64,000 nucleotides of DNA from Oopsacas minuta (lineage: Eukaryota; Animalia; Porifera), in assembly GCA_024704765.1 (NCBI GenBank), contig JAKMXF010000210.1, positions 1-64,000 of the forward strand. Reading direction: 5' to 3'. Below the pieces are notes generated by a model that made no database searches, was not told the origin of the DNA, and worked only from the letters and a program-made list of their open reading frames with translations. How positions within the stretch are numbered: the first letter of the stretch is position 1; every line of letters begins with the position of its first letter. Made by a program: the position numbers and the translations under genes. Below, one piece after another: positions 46,720 to 56,739 of the stretch.

Positions 46720-47772
46720 ATGTCAGCTAAAGCAAATGAGTTAAGTGATGTGGTTAGGAATTGGATAACCCCTTACACTCCAGGACTATTGACAGAAGAA
46801 GAATTAGATCAGTTCTTCTTAGAAGGCTACGTAGTGAAGCATGATCTATTCACAAAAGAGGAGCTACAGCCTGCTATCACAGAATTAGAGAATTCAGTGG
46901 ACAATCTAGCAAATATGCTTTTCAAAGCAGGAAAGATAAAGGATAAATGTAAGGATTCAGGCTTCTACCATCGTTTGATTCGGTTAGAAAAACAGTTCCC
47001 TGATGCTCCTGTTCTGTTGCTCAAAACTGAAGTATTTCCCCCTGCATTCTGTGCTTTGAATGGACATCCAAAGTTGTTATCAATCGCGAAACAAATCATA
47101 GGTCCTGAAGTAGGTGCACATCCTGTCTGGAACCTAAGATCAAAAACACCCAAAAAAGAAGAGACAGTAGTACCATGGCATCAAGACGCCGCGTACATGA
47201 GTAAGGACTGTTGGAAAGATCTCCAACTGACTGCTTGGATTCCTCTGATAGACGCAACAACTAAAAACGGTTGTATGCAGATGGTCCCAGGCGGTCACAA
47301 ATCTGGGAAGGTTATTACCCATACAGGATGTCCAGGGGAGACCTGGTACATTGAGATACCACCTGGTGCAGCTGTCAAAGAGGTTGATATTGACATGGAT
47401 AAGCATGCTGTAACATGTGAAATGAAGATGGGATCAGTGTTATTATTTAACAGTCTCCTGCCTCATCGTAGTGTACCAAATACGAGTACTGACACTAGAT
47501 GGAGTCTAGATTTGCGTTTATGTAATCCGAAACTTCCTACTGGTGTTTTTGGTATGAAAGAGTCTCTCCCTCTCTGTACCGGAGGTAAGGACTTATCCCC
47601 TGACTGGGAGAAGTGGGCTAACTTAGGAAGAACTTCTTTACAAAATGAGTATGTTTCTTCTGGTGCTGTTAGCAAAGATGACGAGCTAGACGCTACAATA
47701 TGTGGACCATGGATGTATCAGTGGGAAATGACACACCATAACAAACATACTGCTAGATTATCTGTCAAATAA
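46720..47772 (+). CDS. PhyH-family Fe(II)/2-oxoglutarate dioxygenase, copy 2, 350 aa
   Basis: Colinear paralogue of 44860-45912 (offset 1860 bp) with the same catalytic motifs. Confidence 0.92.
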   Translation: MSAKANELSDVVRNWITPYTPGLLTEEELDQFFLEGYVVKHDLFTKEELQPAITELENSVDNLANMLFKAGKIKDKCKDSGFYHRLIRLEKQFPDAPVLLLKTEVFPPAFCALNGHPKLLSIAKQIIGPEVGAHPVWNLRSKTPKKEETVVPWHQDAAYMSKDCWKDLQLTAWIPLIDATTKNGCMQMVPGGHKSGKVITHTGCPGETWYIEIPPGAAVKEVDIDMDKHAVTCEMKMGSVLLFNSLLPHRSVPNTSTDTRWSLDLRLCNPKLPTGVFGMKESLPLCTGGKDLSPDWEKWANLGRTSLQNEYVSSGAVSKDDELDATICGPWMYQWEMTHHNKHTARLSVK

Positions 47773-47787
47773 GGTTTGAATAGCTAC

Positions 47788-47903
47788 GGGATCGACCCAT
47801 AGCTACTAAATAGGCTCTATCTATTCCTTTCCTTTTTATTTTCATAGAATTAATAATTTTATGGGATTATATTTAGGCTCATTGCTGACTTTCAGGTAAC
47901 TTT
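47788..47903 (+). repeat. Diverged copy of 44167-44284 joined directly to the 3' end of PhyH copy 2
   Basis: Begins 15 nt after the PhyH2 stop, where similarity to the PhyH1 3' flank ends (CTAC-GGG-ATCGACC). Confidence 0.8.
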
Positions 47904-48789
47904 AATGATGTAATTAGACATGATTGTCTATAGGCTGTCATTCACAGCCATTCAGTTATGTTTAAGAGAAATGTGGAAACGTGGATTAGTGTTTGTGTTC
48001 GTGTTTCGTGTACTAGACTAAATTAATGAATCAGACTGTAGACTGTACGAACTGTGTTCCACAATTCATACGCTTCCAACGGATATACATCTGAGATGCA
48101 ACCTGTTCAGCCGGTCGATAGGTCAATCTCAATGGCTAATAAACAATACTAAACCGTGCTAAATTTAGATTTCAATAAAATACTGTCAACTAATAGAGCC
48201 ATGCTTTGCAACCTGAATTGAAAGATAGCAAAATATCCGCAAAAGCTATTGTATTTATTTAAACTAATTCTATGTACAATAAACCCTCGCATATCCTAAA
48301 TTTGTGTAAATATAACATACGTATGATAAGTCATGAAGATACGAATTTATTATGTCAGAGTAGGTACTCAATTACCACTAAACAGCTGTTGAAACGATAT
48401 CTCTAGCATTATTTTGAATAATATGCAAAAAGGGTGTGAAAATATGATTAATCATATGATAAAACTGTGAATTTGTAACTTTCAGACGTTGAAAATCTCA
48501 AATTCGGACTTTACGTACCCAATTTTTTCATAGCATTCTAATATACTAAGTCAATGGCACAGGGCCTTTCCTTACTGTATTAGAATGGTATGCCGTTAGA
48601 TCGAATTCTGAAATTGTACAAACATGGTCCCAAACCCGTACAATATATCATCGGTTACATCAAACTCCACTTATATCGATTAAATTTATTGTCGCAGTCC
48701 ATTGAGCTCAGATATGACGCGAGTATACTGGTGTTATAGTTATGATTTTCCTGTGGCTATGTTCATCCGGGTGTGCTGCTAAGTAGTTA

Positions 48790-49212
48790 CAGTCAATGCC
48801 GGTTATAAGAACACCATCGGGAACTGTACATAGTGTTCTTATATCCGGTAAAAATTCAATGGAGTAAGATACAAAAGATTAGGTAAATCGAGTTTTGGTT
48901 CGTTTAACCGGTGTTCTTACATCCGGTGTTCTTATAACCGGTGTTCTTATAACCGGTGTTCTTATATCCGGTGTTCTTATAACCGGTGTTCGTATAACCG
49001 GTGTTCTTATATCCGGCATGGAATGTTCTTAGTAGTTACAGTCAATGCCGGTTATAAGAACACCATTGGGACTGGACATAGTGTTCTTATATCCGGTATG
49101 GAATGTTCTTATATCCGGTAAAAATTCAATGGAGTAAGATACAAAAGATTAGGTAAATCGAGTATTGGTTGGTATAACCGGTATTCTTATAACCTTATAT
49201 CCGGCATCACCG
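48790..49212. mobile_element. Tc1/pogo-type MITE with an internal duplication and a 15-bp tandem array
   Basis: TA|CAGTCAATGCCGGTTATAAG left end at 48790 and again at 49039; right end CCGGCATCACCG|TA at 49212; the 48782-48900 block is duplicated at 49031-49170. Confidence 0.7.
48908..49012 (+). repeat. Seven tandem 15-bp units CCGGTGTTCTTATA(A/T)
   Basis: Units start at 48908, 48923, 48938, 48953, 48968, 48983 and 48998; the unit is the reverse complement of the MITE subterminal motif TTATAAGAACACC. Confidence 0.9.
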
Positions 49213-49258
49213 TATTTTTAAATATAAAAATAATATTTGTACATAAATTATAGTGAAA

Positions 49259-51661
49259 ATGAGTGGTAACTCCATATCAGAAGGCTACGAGGTTATACGT
49301 ATACCTAATCAAGAGAACGACTACCCCTCAAACCCCTCTTTCCCAAGCAAACGCCTGAGTCGAGATCCTCTTCCTATGCCCCCAGTTGATCAAATAGATG
49401 ATCAATACATGCGAATGGATTCAATAGTAACCACAGAATATGCAAACGAGCATCCGCCACCTAACTCATTCATCAGGTATCCTCCTCAAGGTGCTAGCTA
49501 CCTCACTCAAAATAGGGACATGCCTTATCCTGGCAATCAGGGCTCTTATCCTAATGATCCATTGTGTCAGAGAGGACAGCAGCTAGGATATCCTAACCCC
49601 CCTAGACCTACAAGTAGTAGATACTCAGGAAATGATATTGATTCTTATTCACGAAATGATCCCCAATACGCTCAGGTAAGGAAGTCTCCTGCTGACATAC
49701 CTAACTGGAGCTATGGGAATACTGGTCCTAACGAGTTTAGCGGACATAATACCTACCAAGTTCTCCCTCTGCCTCTTAGAAACGAGGCTACATTCTCCAC
49801 TCCCCAATACGGAGGTACATACCAGGCACCTGTCCCTAACAACCCATTACCACTCCATAATAGAGATCCTAACAGCTTCAATGGTCCTGACCCCCACCGT
49901 AGTCTTCCATCAGGAATAGAGGTAGCTAGAACACAAATTGAAGTTGAATACAATCATGCAGACAAATATCTCCCTTCTCCATCCCGTCAGAATAATGACA
50001 TCATGAAACCATACCCACAACCTCGAACTGCTCTCCCACCTCCTCATAATTATAGAGGTGATCAGACCTATCGAGAACATAATCGGTATGTCGACAGAAA
50101 CAGTTCACAACCCATCTATGATCCACAACCTGATAGAAGTACGTTTCCACCTACTCACTCTATATCACCTAACGCTAGTATAAATATACCTCGTCCTGGA
50201 AGGCAGATGAATCAACATCTACCAGCTCCTTACATGGCTCCTAATAATAACCTACCTCCTCCTCGTTTTAACCCACCTCAGAACAGAGACGATAATCCAT
50301 GCCATGCACCTAAACCTTATCTTTACCCTTCTTATAACAATAATCCCTCAAATCCTCATAACTACAGATTACCTCCTTATAATCCTCCTCCCAATTCATA
50401 CCATGGACATGAAGCTTATGCTCATCAGTACCATGGACATAATCAGTATAGAGAGGAAATTCAACAAGATATGCATAAACCTATGACAAATCCTAACACA
50501 CAAGACTGGAGGATAAACCCTAATGTATCAGAACACTACCTAGAGGAGCGTAACCCAGCTGATTTACCAAAGCCTGTAATGGTACAACAGCCAAAAAAGC
50601 AGTCTACGATTAGGTCGCCACCTGTAGCAGTTATTGAGGAAGATTTTACTCATCTCACGTTGGAACAAGCTCCTCCTCCTCCTCCACGCCCACGTACCCC
50701 AGAGCCCCCCGGCTGGAAGTGTCCCCTCTGTACCTACCATAACAAGCCCTCTCGTCCAGGTTGTGAGATGTGTACTACTTCTAGACCTGATGACTACCAG
50801 ATGCCTGATGGCTATGAGTTGGATGAAGATGAGTTGATAAAGCAGCAACAAGCTGAAATACATGAAATTCAAGAGCACGAGAGATTACTGATAGAACGTG
50901 AGACTAACTACCAACAGCTTATGAATGCTGCTGATCAGGATCTGATAGAAGTTCCAAATGAGTTTGAGTGTTCCATCTGTTTAGTAGATGTAGATGTAGG
51001 AGATGGTGTTATGCTACGTGAGTGTCTACATTCGTTCTGTAAAGATTGTCTGTCTCAGCATATAACTCATGCAGATGATGCTGAGGTTAAATGTCCCTAC
51101 CAAGGCGAGACATACCAATGTCAGAGTGTTATCACTGAGCGGGAAATCAAACAGCTGCTATCTCCAGATGCATATAGACACTGGCACCAGATGGGACTTA
51201 ATCAAGCTGAAGGAACCATTGAGAATGCTTTTCATTGCAAATCAGCTGACTGTGCTGGCTGGTGTGTATATGAAGATGATATTAACTTCTTCAATTGTCC
51301 AGTTTGTAATGTGCAGAATTGTCTCACTTGTAAAGCCATACATGTTGGTAAGAATTGCAAACAGTACCAAGAAGAGATTAAACTAAATGCGCAGAATGAT
51401 GAAAACGCAAAGCGAACACAACAGATGCTAGAGGATATGATTAAAGAAGGTGAAGCGATGAAATGTCCCAAATGCCTCGTCATCATTCAAAAGAAATTGG
51501 GATGTGATTGGATTCGTTGTACTGTGTGTAAAACTGAAATATGTTGGGCTACCAAGGGACTGAGATGGGGGCCTAAAGGGAAGGGTGACACCTCTGGAGG
51601 GTGCAAGTGTAGAGTAGATGGTCGTACCCCATGTTGTCCTGACTGCAAAAACTGTCATTGA
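49259..51661 (+). CDS. RBCK1: RBR E3 ligase of the HOIL-1/RBCK1 type (NZF + RING1-IBR-RING2), ~800 aa, long Pro/Asn/Tyr-rich N-terminus
   Basis: NZF WKCPLCTYHNKPSRPGCEMC; RING1 FECSICL...LRECLHSFCKDCL; HOIL-1-specific C-terminus QKKLGCDWIRCTVCKTEICWATKGLRWGPKGKGDTSGGCKCRV...CKNCH. Confidence 0.9.
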   Translation: MSGNSISEGYEVIRIPNQENDYPSNPSFPSKRLSRDPLPMPPVDQIDDQYMRMDSIVTTEYANEHPPPNSFIRYPPQGASYLTQNRDMPYPGNQGSYPNDPLCQRGQQLGYPNPPRPTSSRYSGNDIDSYSRNDPQYAQVRKSPADIPNWSYGNTGPNEFSGHNTYQVLPLPLRNEATFSTPQYGGTYQAPVPNNPLPLHNRDPNSFNGPDPHRSLPSGIEVARTQIEVEYNHADKYLPSPSRQNNDIMKPYPQPRTALPPPHNYRGDQTYREHNRYVDRNSSQPIYDPQPDRSTFPPTHSISPNASINIPRPGRQMNQHLPAPYMAPNNNLPPPRFNPPQNRDDNPCHAPKPYLYPSYNNNPSNPHNYRLPPYNPPPNSYHGHEAYAHQYHGHNQYREEIQQDMHKPMTNPNTQDWRINPNVSEHYLEERNPADLPKPVMVQQPKKQSTIRSPPVAVIEEDFTHLTLEQAPPPPPRPRTPEPPGWKCPLCTYHNKPSRPGCEMCTTSRPDDYQMPDGYELDEDELIKQQQAEIHEIQEHERLLIERETNYQQLMNAADQDLIEVPNEFECSICLVDVDVGDGVMLRECLHSFCKDCLSQHITHADDAEVKCPYQGETYQCQSVITEREIKQLLSPDAYRHWHQMGLNQAEGTIENAFHCKSADCAGWCVYEDDINFFNCPVCNVQNCLTCKAIHVGKNCKQYQEEIKLNAQNDENAKRTQQMLEDMIKEGEAMKCPKCLVIIQKKLGCDWIRCTVCKTEICWATKGLRWGPKGKGDTSGGCKCRVDGRTPCCPDCKNCH

Positions 51662-52119
51662 GCCATTCTACTTTTTTACGTATTTCTGTTATTTACTAAT
51701 TCAACTTTGATTGTATTATTATTTGTTTATACCTAATTACAAGAGATGCTTAATTAGGTTATCATTGTTAAATGCTTTGTTACTTTTTAGCAATAGTTTA
51801 TATCTTGTCATTCTGAGATTTGTTCATTTCATATCATCTTACAATATTTCATTTATAATAGTGTAGCTTTTTACTGAATCTAAAGTCTGGTAAAATTGTA
51901 AGGAAATCTATGGTAAATTCTCATAAATCATTCAAATTCCGTAAAAGTATATTCCCCAAAGATTTCACTATGATATATATATATATATATACCATTGAAG
52001 TTGTTTGTGAGAAGATAATTATTTATGTATTTCATCTAAATTGAGTAGTATTGGGAACTATGCGGTAGTATTTATCTATTCATTCACCCAAACATTCGAA
52101 TATTCAAAGATTTAAAGTA

Positions 52120-52288
52120 CAGTAGAACTCGGATAAGACGTACCTCCTCGCGATCAATAAATTGTACGTATTAACCGCAGTACTTATCCGATTATTATTC
52201 CTATACGATTACGAAGTACAAGATTTGATAATCCGTTTTGAGGAAAGTGTGCCTTAAGCCTGGTACCGTAAAACGTACTAACCGACTG
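52120..52288. mobile_element. Short TA-flanked Tc1/pogo-type MITE
   Basis: TA|CAGTAGAACTCGGATAAGACGTAC ... GTACTAACCGACTG|TA; degenerate TIRs. Confidence 0.5.
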
Positions 52289-52685
52289 TAATTAAACTTA
52301 CCTTAGGGCTACCTGTACCTCATAAATATTCACTTCCCCATCATTACTCGTATCCCCAGTCTAGTACAATGCCGATAAATGAATAAACTATTCAAAGTAG
52401 CATAATAGCTGTAAATCTTTACATTCTATGAATGCTGTTGAATCAATAGAAATCGAATATATTGATAAATTAATGGTTTCCAATTGTGTCTCATTCTGTA
52501 TGAACTCGTAAGAAAAGAAGGCTTTAATATACACTTTAATTAGGCTGTCAATAATAATGTTAATAATTGCATCTTTAATACTTAAGTTATTAATAATGTT
52601 TATATTGGTCGCAAGAAAGGCTTCTATATCACCAAACCAACAATCTAGATTATGAACCTATAATATTCCATAAATAACCCAACCT

Positions 52686-54050
52686 ATGGAAATTGGTGAT
52701 ACTACAAAGCACAAAATAGATATTGCGAATCAAGGCAAAAAGCCAACTTTTCACACTCCAAACGATTGCCTCAGAAATACATCGTCGAGACCAAAAACTC
52801 CTCAATTTACAGAAGGAGATAGATTTATTCCCAATAGAAAGACAACAGATTTTGACTCAGCTCATCAACAATTGATTCAGAGTGCTAAAGACAATATGGA
52901 TTCATCTCTATCACAGGCTAATGAGCTAATTACTAAACAGTTAAATTCTAAAACACCAGAGAGGATTCTAAGTTACAACTGCAAAGTCCCAGAATGTGAT
53001 AACACTTTATCCATATACACTTCACAAAAGCTTAATCCTAAATATGTTAATAGATCAGCTCGCTATATTCCAAAGGAACCAACCCGTATCTTAGACGCCC
53101 CGGATGTAATAAACGATTATTACTTGAACTTATTAGATTGGAATTCAAACAATATGATCGCAGTTGGGTTAGGAACTGCAGTGTACATTTGGAATGCAAG
53201 TAACGGTATTATATCTAAGTTATGTGAATACCACAGTCCCGAGTATCCCAGTAGTTTGAGTTGGTCTGCTTCGCCAAAATACTTAGCTGTTGGTACTTCA
53301 AATCGTGAGGTACAAATCTGGGATACGGAAACCCTAAAATTGATTCGAACCATGCTAGGTCACACCTTTCGAATAGGGAGCTTAGCATGGAATACCCATC
53401 TGCTCACCAGCGGATCTCAGAATGGTTTCATCATACACCATGACCCAAGGGTGCCTGATCACATTGTTTGTTACCTCTCCAAACATTCGCAAGAGGTATG
53501 CGGACTCAAATGGTCTCCCGACATGACCTTTCTTGCTTCTGGGGGTAACGATAACCTCCTATGTATCTGGGACGTTAAAAAGCTAACCACCAATGAACCA
53601 CTTCACACTTCTAGTCTACATATCGCAGCTGTTAAAGCTTTGGCATGGTGTCCATGGAAAAATTGTCTCCTCGCTAGCGGGGGCGGAACAGCTGATCGAC
53701 ATCTTCGTATCTGGAATGCTCAAACTGGGAAATGTTTCTGTCAGGAGGACACGGGTTCACAGATAAGTGGGATCGTGTGGTCTGAGAGATACAAAGAAAT
53801 CGTAACCTCCCACGGATATAGCAAGAATCAGCTGAATATATGGAGATACCCTAGTATCCAGCTGGTGGGTGAATTAACCGGACATAGTCAGCGGATTCTC
53901 TCAACAGTACTCAGTCCTAATGAGAGAACTATAGCTACTCTGGGAGCTGATGAGAGTCTCAGATTCTGGGACTGTTTCCAGGAAGTTCAACCCAAACTTA
54001 CCAACAAAATATTTCCAGCAACCAAGTCACAAATTTCACACAGTTTATAG
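52686..54050 (+). CDS. CDC20: APC/C activator CDC20/Fizzy (WD40), 454 aa, intronless
   Basis: C-box DRFIPNR, RILDAP..NDYYLNLLDW, HSQEVCGLKWS, AAVKALAWCPW..LLASGGGTADR, SHGYSKNQL, GADESLRFW. Confidence 0.93.
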   Translation: MEIGDTTKHKIDIANQGKKPTFHTPNDCLRNTSSRPKTPQFTEGDRFIPNRKTTDFDSAHQQLIQSAKDNMDSSLSQANELITKQLNSKTPERILSYNCKVPECDNTLSIYTSQKLNPKYVNRSARYIPKEPTRILDAPDVINDYYLNLLDWNSNNMIAVGLGTAVYIWNASNGIISKLCEYHSPEYPSSLSWSASPKYLAVGTSNREVQIWDTETLKLIRTMLGHTFRIGSLAWNTHLLTSGSQNGFIIHHDPRVPDHIVCYLSKHSQEVCGLKWSPDMTFLASGGNDNLLCIWDVKKLTTNEPLHTSSLHIAAVKALAWCPWKNCLLASGGGTADRHLRIWNAQTGKCFCQEDTGSQISGIVWSERYKEIVTSHGYSKNQLNIWRYPSIQLVGELTGHSQRILSTVLSPNERTIATLGADESLRFWDCFQEVQPKLTNKIFPATKSQISHSL

Positions 54051-55995
54051 CAGTCAATTTGTATTTTCTTTGCTGCCACTTTTTCAAAGGTTCATAGTAC
54101 GGTCGTTCTTCACTTCAAATTTATGTTAGACTTTCAATTATTTCGCATATTTTTAAGAATCAATTTAAAATATTTCTGTTCTTATTTTTGATTCGCTAAT
54201 CGTGATTCTCTAAAGCAGCCCTATTGTAAACTTAGCCTGGAGGTACGTAATTATAAATGTTATAAAAGCATACTGACCAACCCCTTGTAACTGTTTTTAT
54301 ATGCTTATTAGTGAATTTTTTCATCTTTTACGAGAAACAAGCTAGATATGTCAAATATTTTCCCCTGAATTTAGTAATTTTCCCTGGATAACACAGATAG
54401 TTTGTAAAGTGTATTTATTATAATAATTCTCAAGTCTTTTATTCGATTTCGTTGTTAAGTGTTCACTCTTGTTATCTTAAATTCTTAACAATTTGTAATG
54501 TTGTAGCGTTGTAGCGCGCGGTCCATTATTCTAGCATTTGATTGTATTCTATGCTCTCAGTGCATGGTAAGCTGATCTCTAATACTTAATTTTAATGTTA
54601 TAGACATTTACAAGGCATGTTCGTGGTAGCTCTTGTCTTTACAATCTCGCGTATTTATGATTATTGACTCGTTTTATGAGTTATTAATTAACACTGACAA
54701 TTTTCTTACCCTCACATGAGGAATTAACCACATGGCTAGTTTAATTCAATATAGTTTAACATGATGTACATTTGTATTCACCTATTAGGAGTCATTAGAT
54801 AGGAATTCACTCATTGACAATAGCTCTTAGCTATTTCTGATCTTCATTAGAAGCCGGACATTGAATAACATTCTTATAAAATTAACCATGTGCTGCACTA
54901 CAACAATATCTTAATATATTTGAATGTTAGATTAGATTACTGTTTCTATAAATTCACTATATTTAAAGACAGTATTTGTGTTGGTTCTAGTATTGCAAAA
55001 TCTGGTGGATAATATTTTTCTTCATTTATAGGCGCTTAACTTATTTGTATTGTACTTGATTTCTCTTTAACTTTAGTAAGTTAAGTTATTTTCGGTTTAT
55101 GGCAGATTTTTATCAGAATCTGTGTAGATTGTCATAAATATATACTAATTGCTTAGGAAATTTTTCATCCAAATTACATTCCATTCAAGAGCTAAGTGTA
55201 TGTACTTGTCTGTATTTTATCCACGTTTATTTGAACTTTGAGCGAACCAATATTAAATTTCCAATCGGTTATAAGATGTGTAGTTCTCGTGATTAACTTA
55301 CCTAAGATCAGCGTAAGATTAAAGTGAAAGTGATTATTATCTCTTACAATAGGCGTTATTTTCTAAGATTTTCTCGCAAGCCTCAAGTTAATATATATAA
55401 TTAATAACCATTCTGTATGGGAGTATCCTTGCTGATCATAATTGCATCATTTTCTATATTTGTATTTCTTAGAATCTTCGAGGTCATATGGCAAATAAAT
55501 GTATTCCGCATGATCTTTGTATGCATTATCTTATTGATTCGATAATAGGATAATCTCAAAGAGGTCAATTAATATAGAAATATATATCTAATTAATAAAT
55601 GACTTAATTCTATGCTTTTATCTGTTCTTCAATCAAATATCTTTTATCGGTATTCCTATAATTCACAGTTATAATATAGTTTCTTATGATAGTCGCCATC
55701 TCATCAATTAGCCGCTATAGGTGTACAAAAATGTATGCTACAAATAGTGCTTCTGAGTCCATTATTTTTGTATACGTATTAATACGCAATTTATCATATG
55801 CACAAGTATTCAGGATAGTTATTAAATTTGCAGCGAGTCTGATGTAGCTTTGTAGATTTAGCTGATAAACAGACCGCAATTATATGTATTATTATAGTGC
55901 TCTGATTCCAAAGCTATAAATATCCTACTTTGACTCAAATTATTAACTGAATTTACTTCTTATACGGTAGATCTAATTATTAGTAATCTTCTAAA

Positions 55996-56739
55996 ATGAA
56001 AAATTTAATAAATCTCTCCTTACCCATACTCGCCTTTATCCTATATTTCGGATTCGCACCAACTTCTGAGGCAAAAACTCTAAGTTATAAGAATTCTACA
56101 CGCACTGTTGTATTGCTTAAAATGTCAGCTAAATTTGAAATTAATGATAATGGAAAAAGAAAAGGACTTACACTCGAAGATCAGGATTTAGATGTTACCG
56201 GTAACATCAGTCAAAGCAAAAACAATAATGTATCATACGAGATTATTACATTTATCGTTTCCTGGAATGGTACTAATTATCAATTCATTCTAACTTTCAA
56301 CTCATCTAAAGAAAGTTGGACTTGGGAGAATTCTACATTTGTAGTTAAGGAGACGATACTCCCTCTCAAGAAAATGATTAGTTCATTTGGTGATGGCATC
56401 ATAACTACAAAGGCTAACCATTCTTACGTTTGCATGAGCCCCTTAGACTATACAACAAAAAGCGTCAAAGGGATTACTGTATCTGTCACGTGGAGACAAT
56501 TACAGGTAGAAGTTTACCCCAGAAACAACACCAAATTTGATGAGGCCCCTAAACCATGCACAGTTGACGTTGACGATAAGATAGTGCCTATAGCTGTGGG
56601 TGGAGCTTTGGGTCTTCTCCTACTCCTGGTTGTCATAATATACGTAATTTCTTATATCCGCGATAGAAGACAGCAGAGCAAGGAGTTAAGAAGTGGATAC
56701 AATCGTATCGACCAGCCTGAACCAAATCACCATTCATAA
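55996..56739 (+). CDS. LAMP-family lysosomal membrane glycoprotein (single LAMP domain), 247 aa
   Basis: Signal peptide, many NxS/T sites, HSYVC...LQVEVY...KPCTVD, TM IVPIAVGGALGLLLLLVVIIYVI, GYNRI sorting motif. Confidence 0.85.
   Translation: MKNLINLSLPILAFILYFGFAPTSEAKTLSYKNSTRTVVLLKMSAKFEINDNGKRKGLTLEDQDLDVTGNISQSKNNNVSYEIITFIVSWNGTNYQFILTFNSSKESWTWENSTFVVKETILPLKKMISSFGDGIITTKANHSYVCMSPLDYTTKSVKGITVSVTWRQLQVEVYPRNNTKFDEAPKPCTVDVDDKIVPIAVGGALGLLLLLVVIIYVISYIRDRRQQSKELRSGYNRIDQPEPNHHS

Noticed and set aside
21074-47772. P450 + two PhyH dioxygenases as a biosynthetic gene cluster
   Set aside because: They are >22 kb apart, there is no scaffold-forming enzyme, and the PhyH pair is explained by local duplication; only co-expression data could revive the idea.
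48908-49012. CRISPR-like array
   Set aside because: Units are contiguous 15-mers with no unique spacers, there are no cas genes, the context is eukaryotic, and the unit matches the MITE end.
54051-55995. Hidden gene between CDC20 and LAMP
   Set aside because: The frames I examined were interrupted by stops and I could not build a convincing exon chain.
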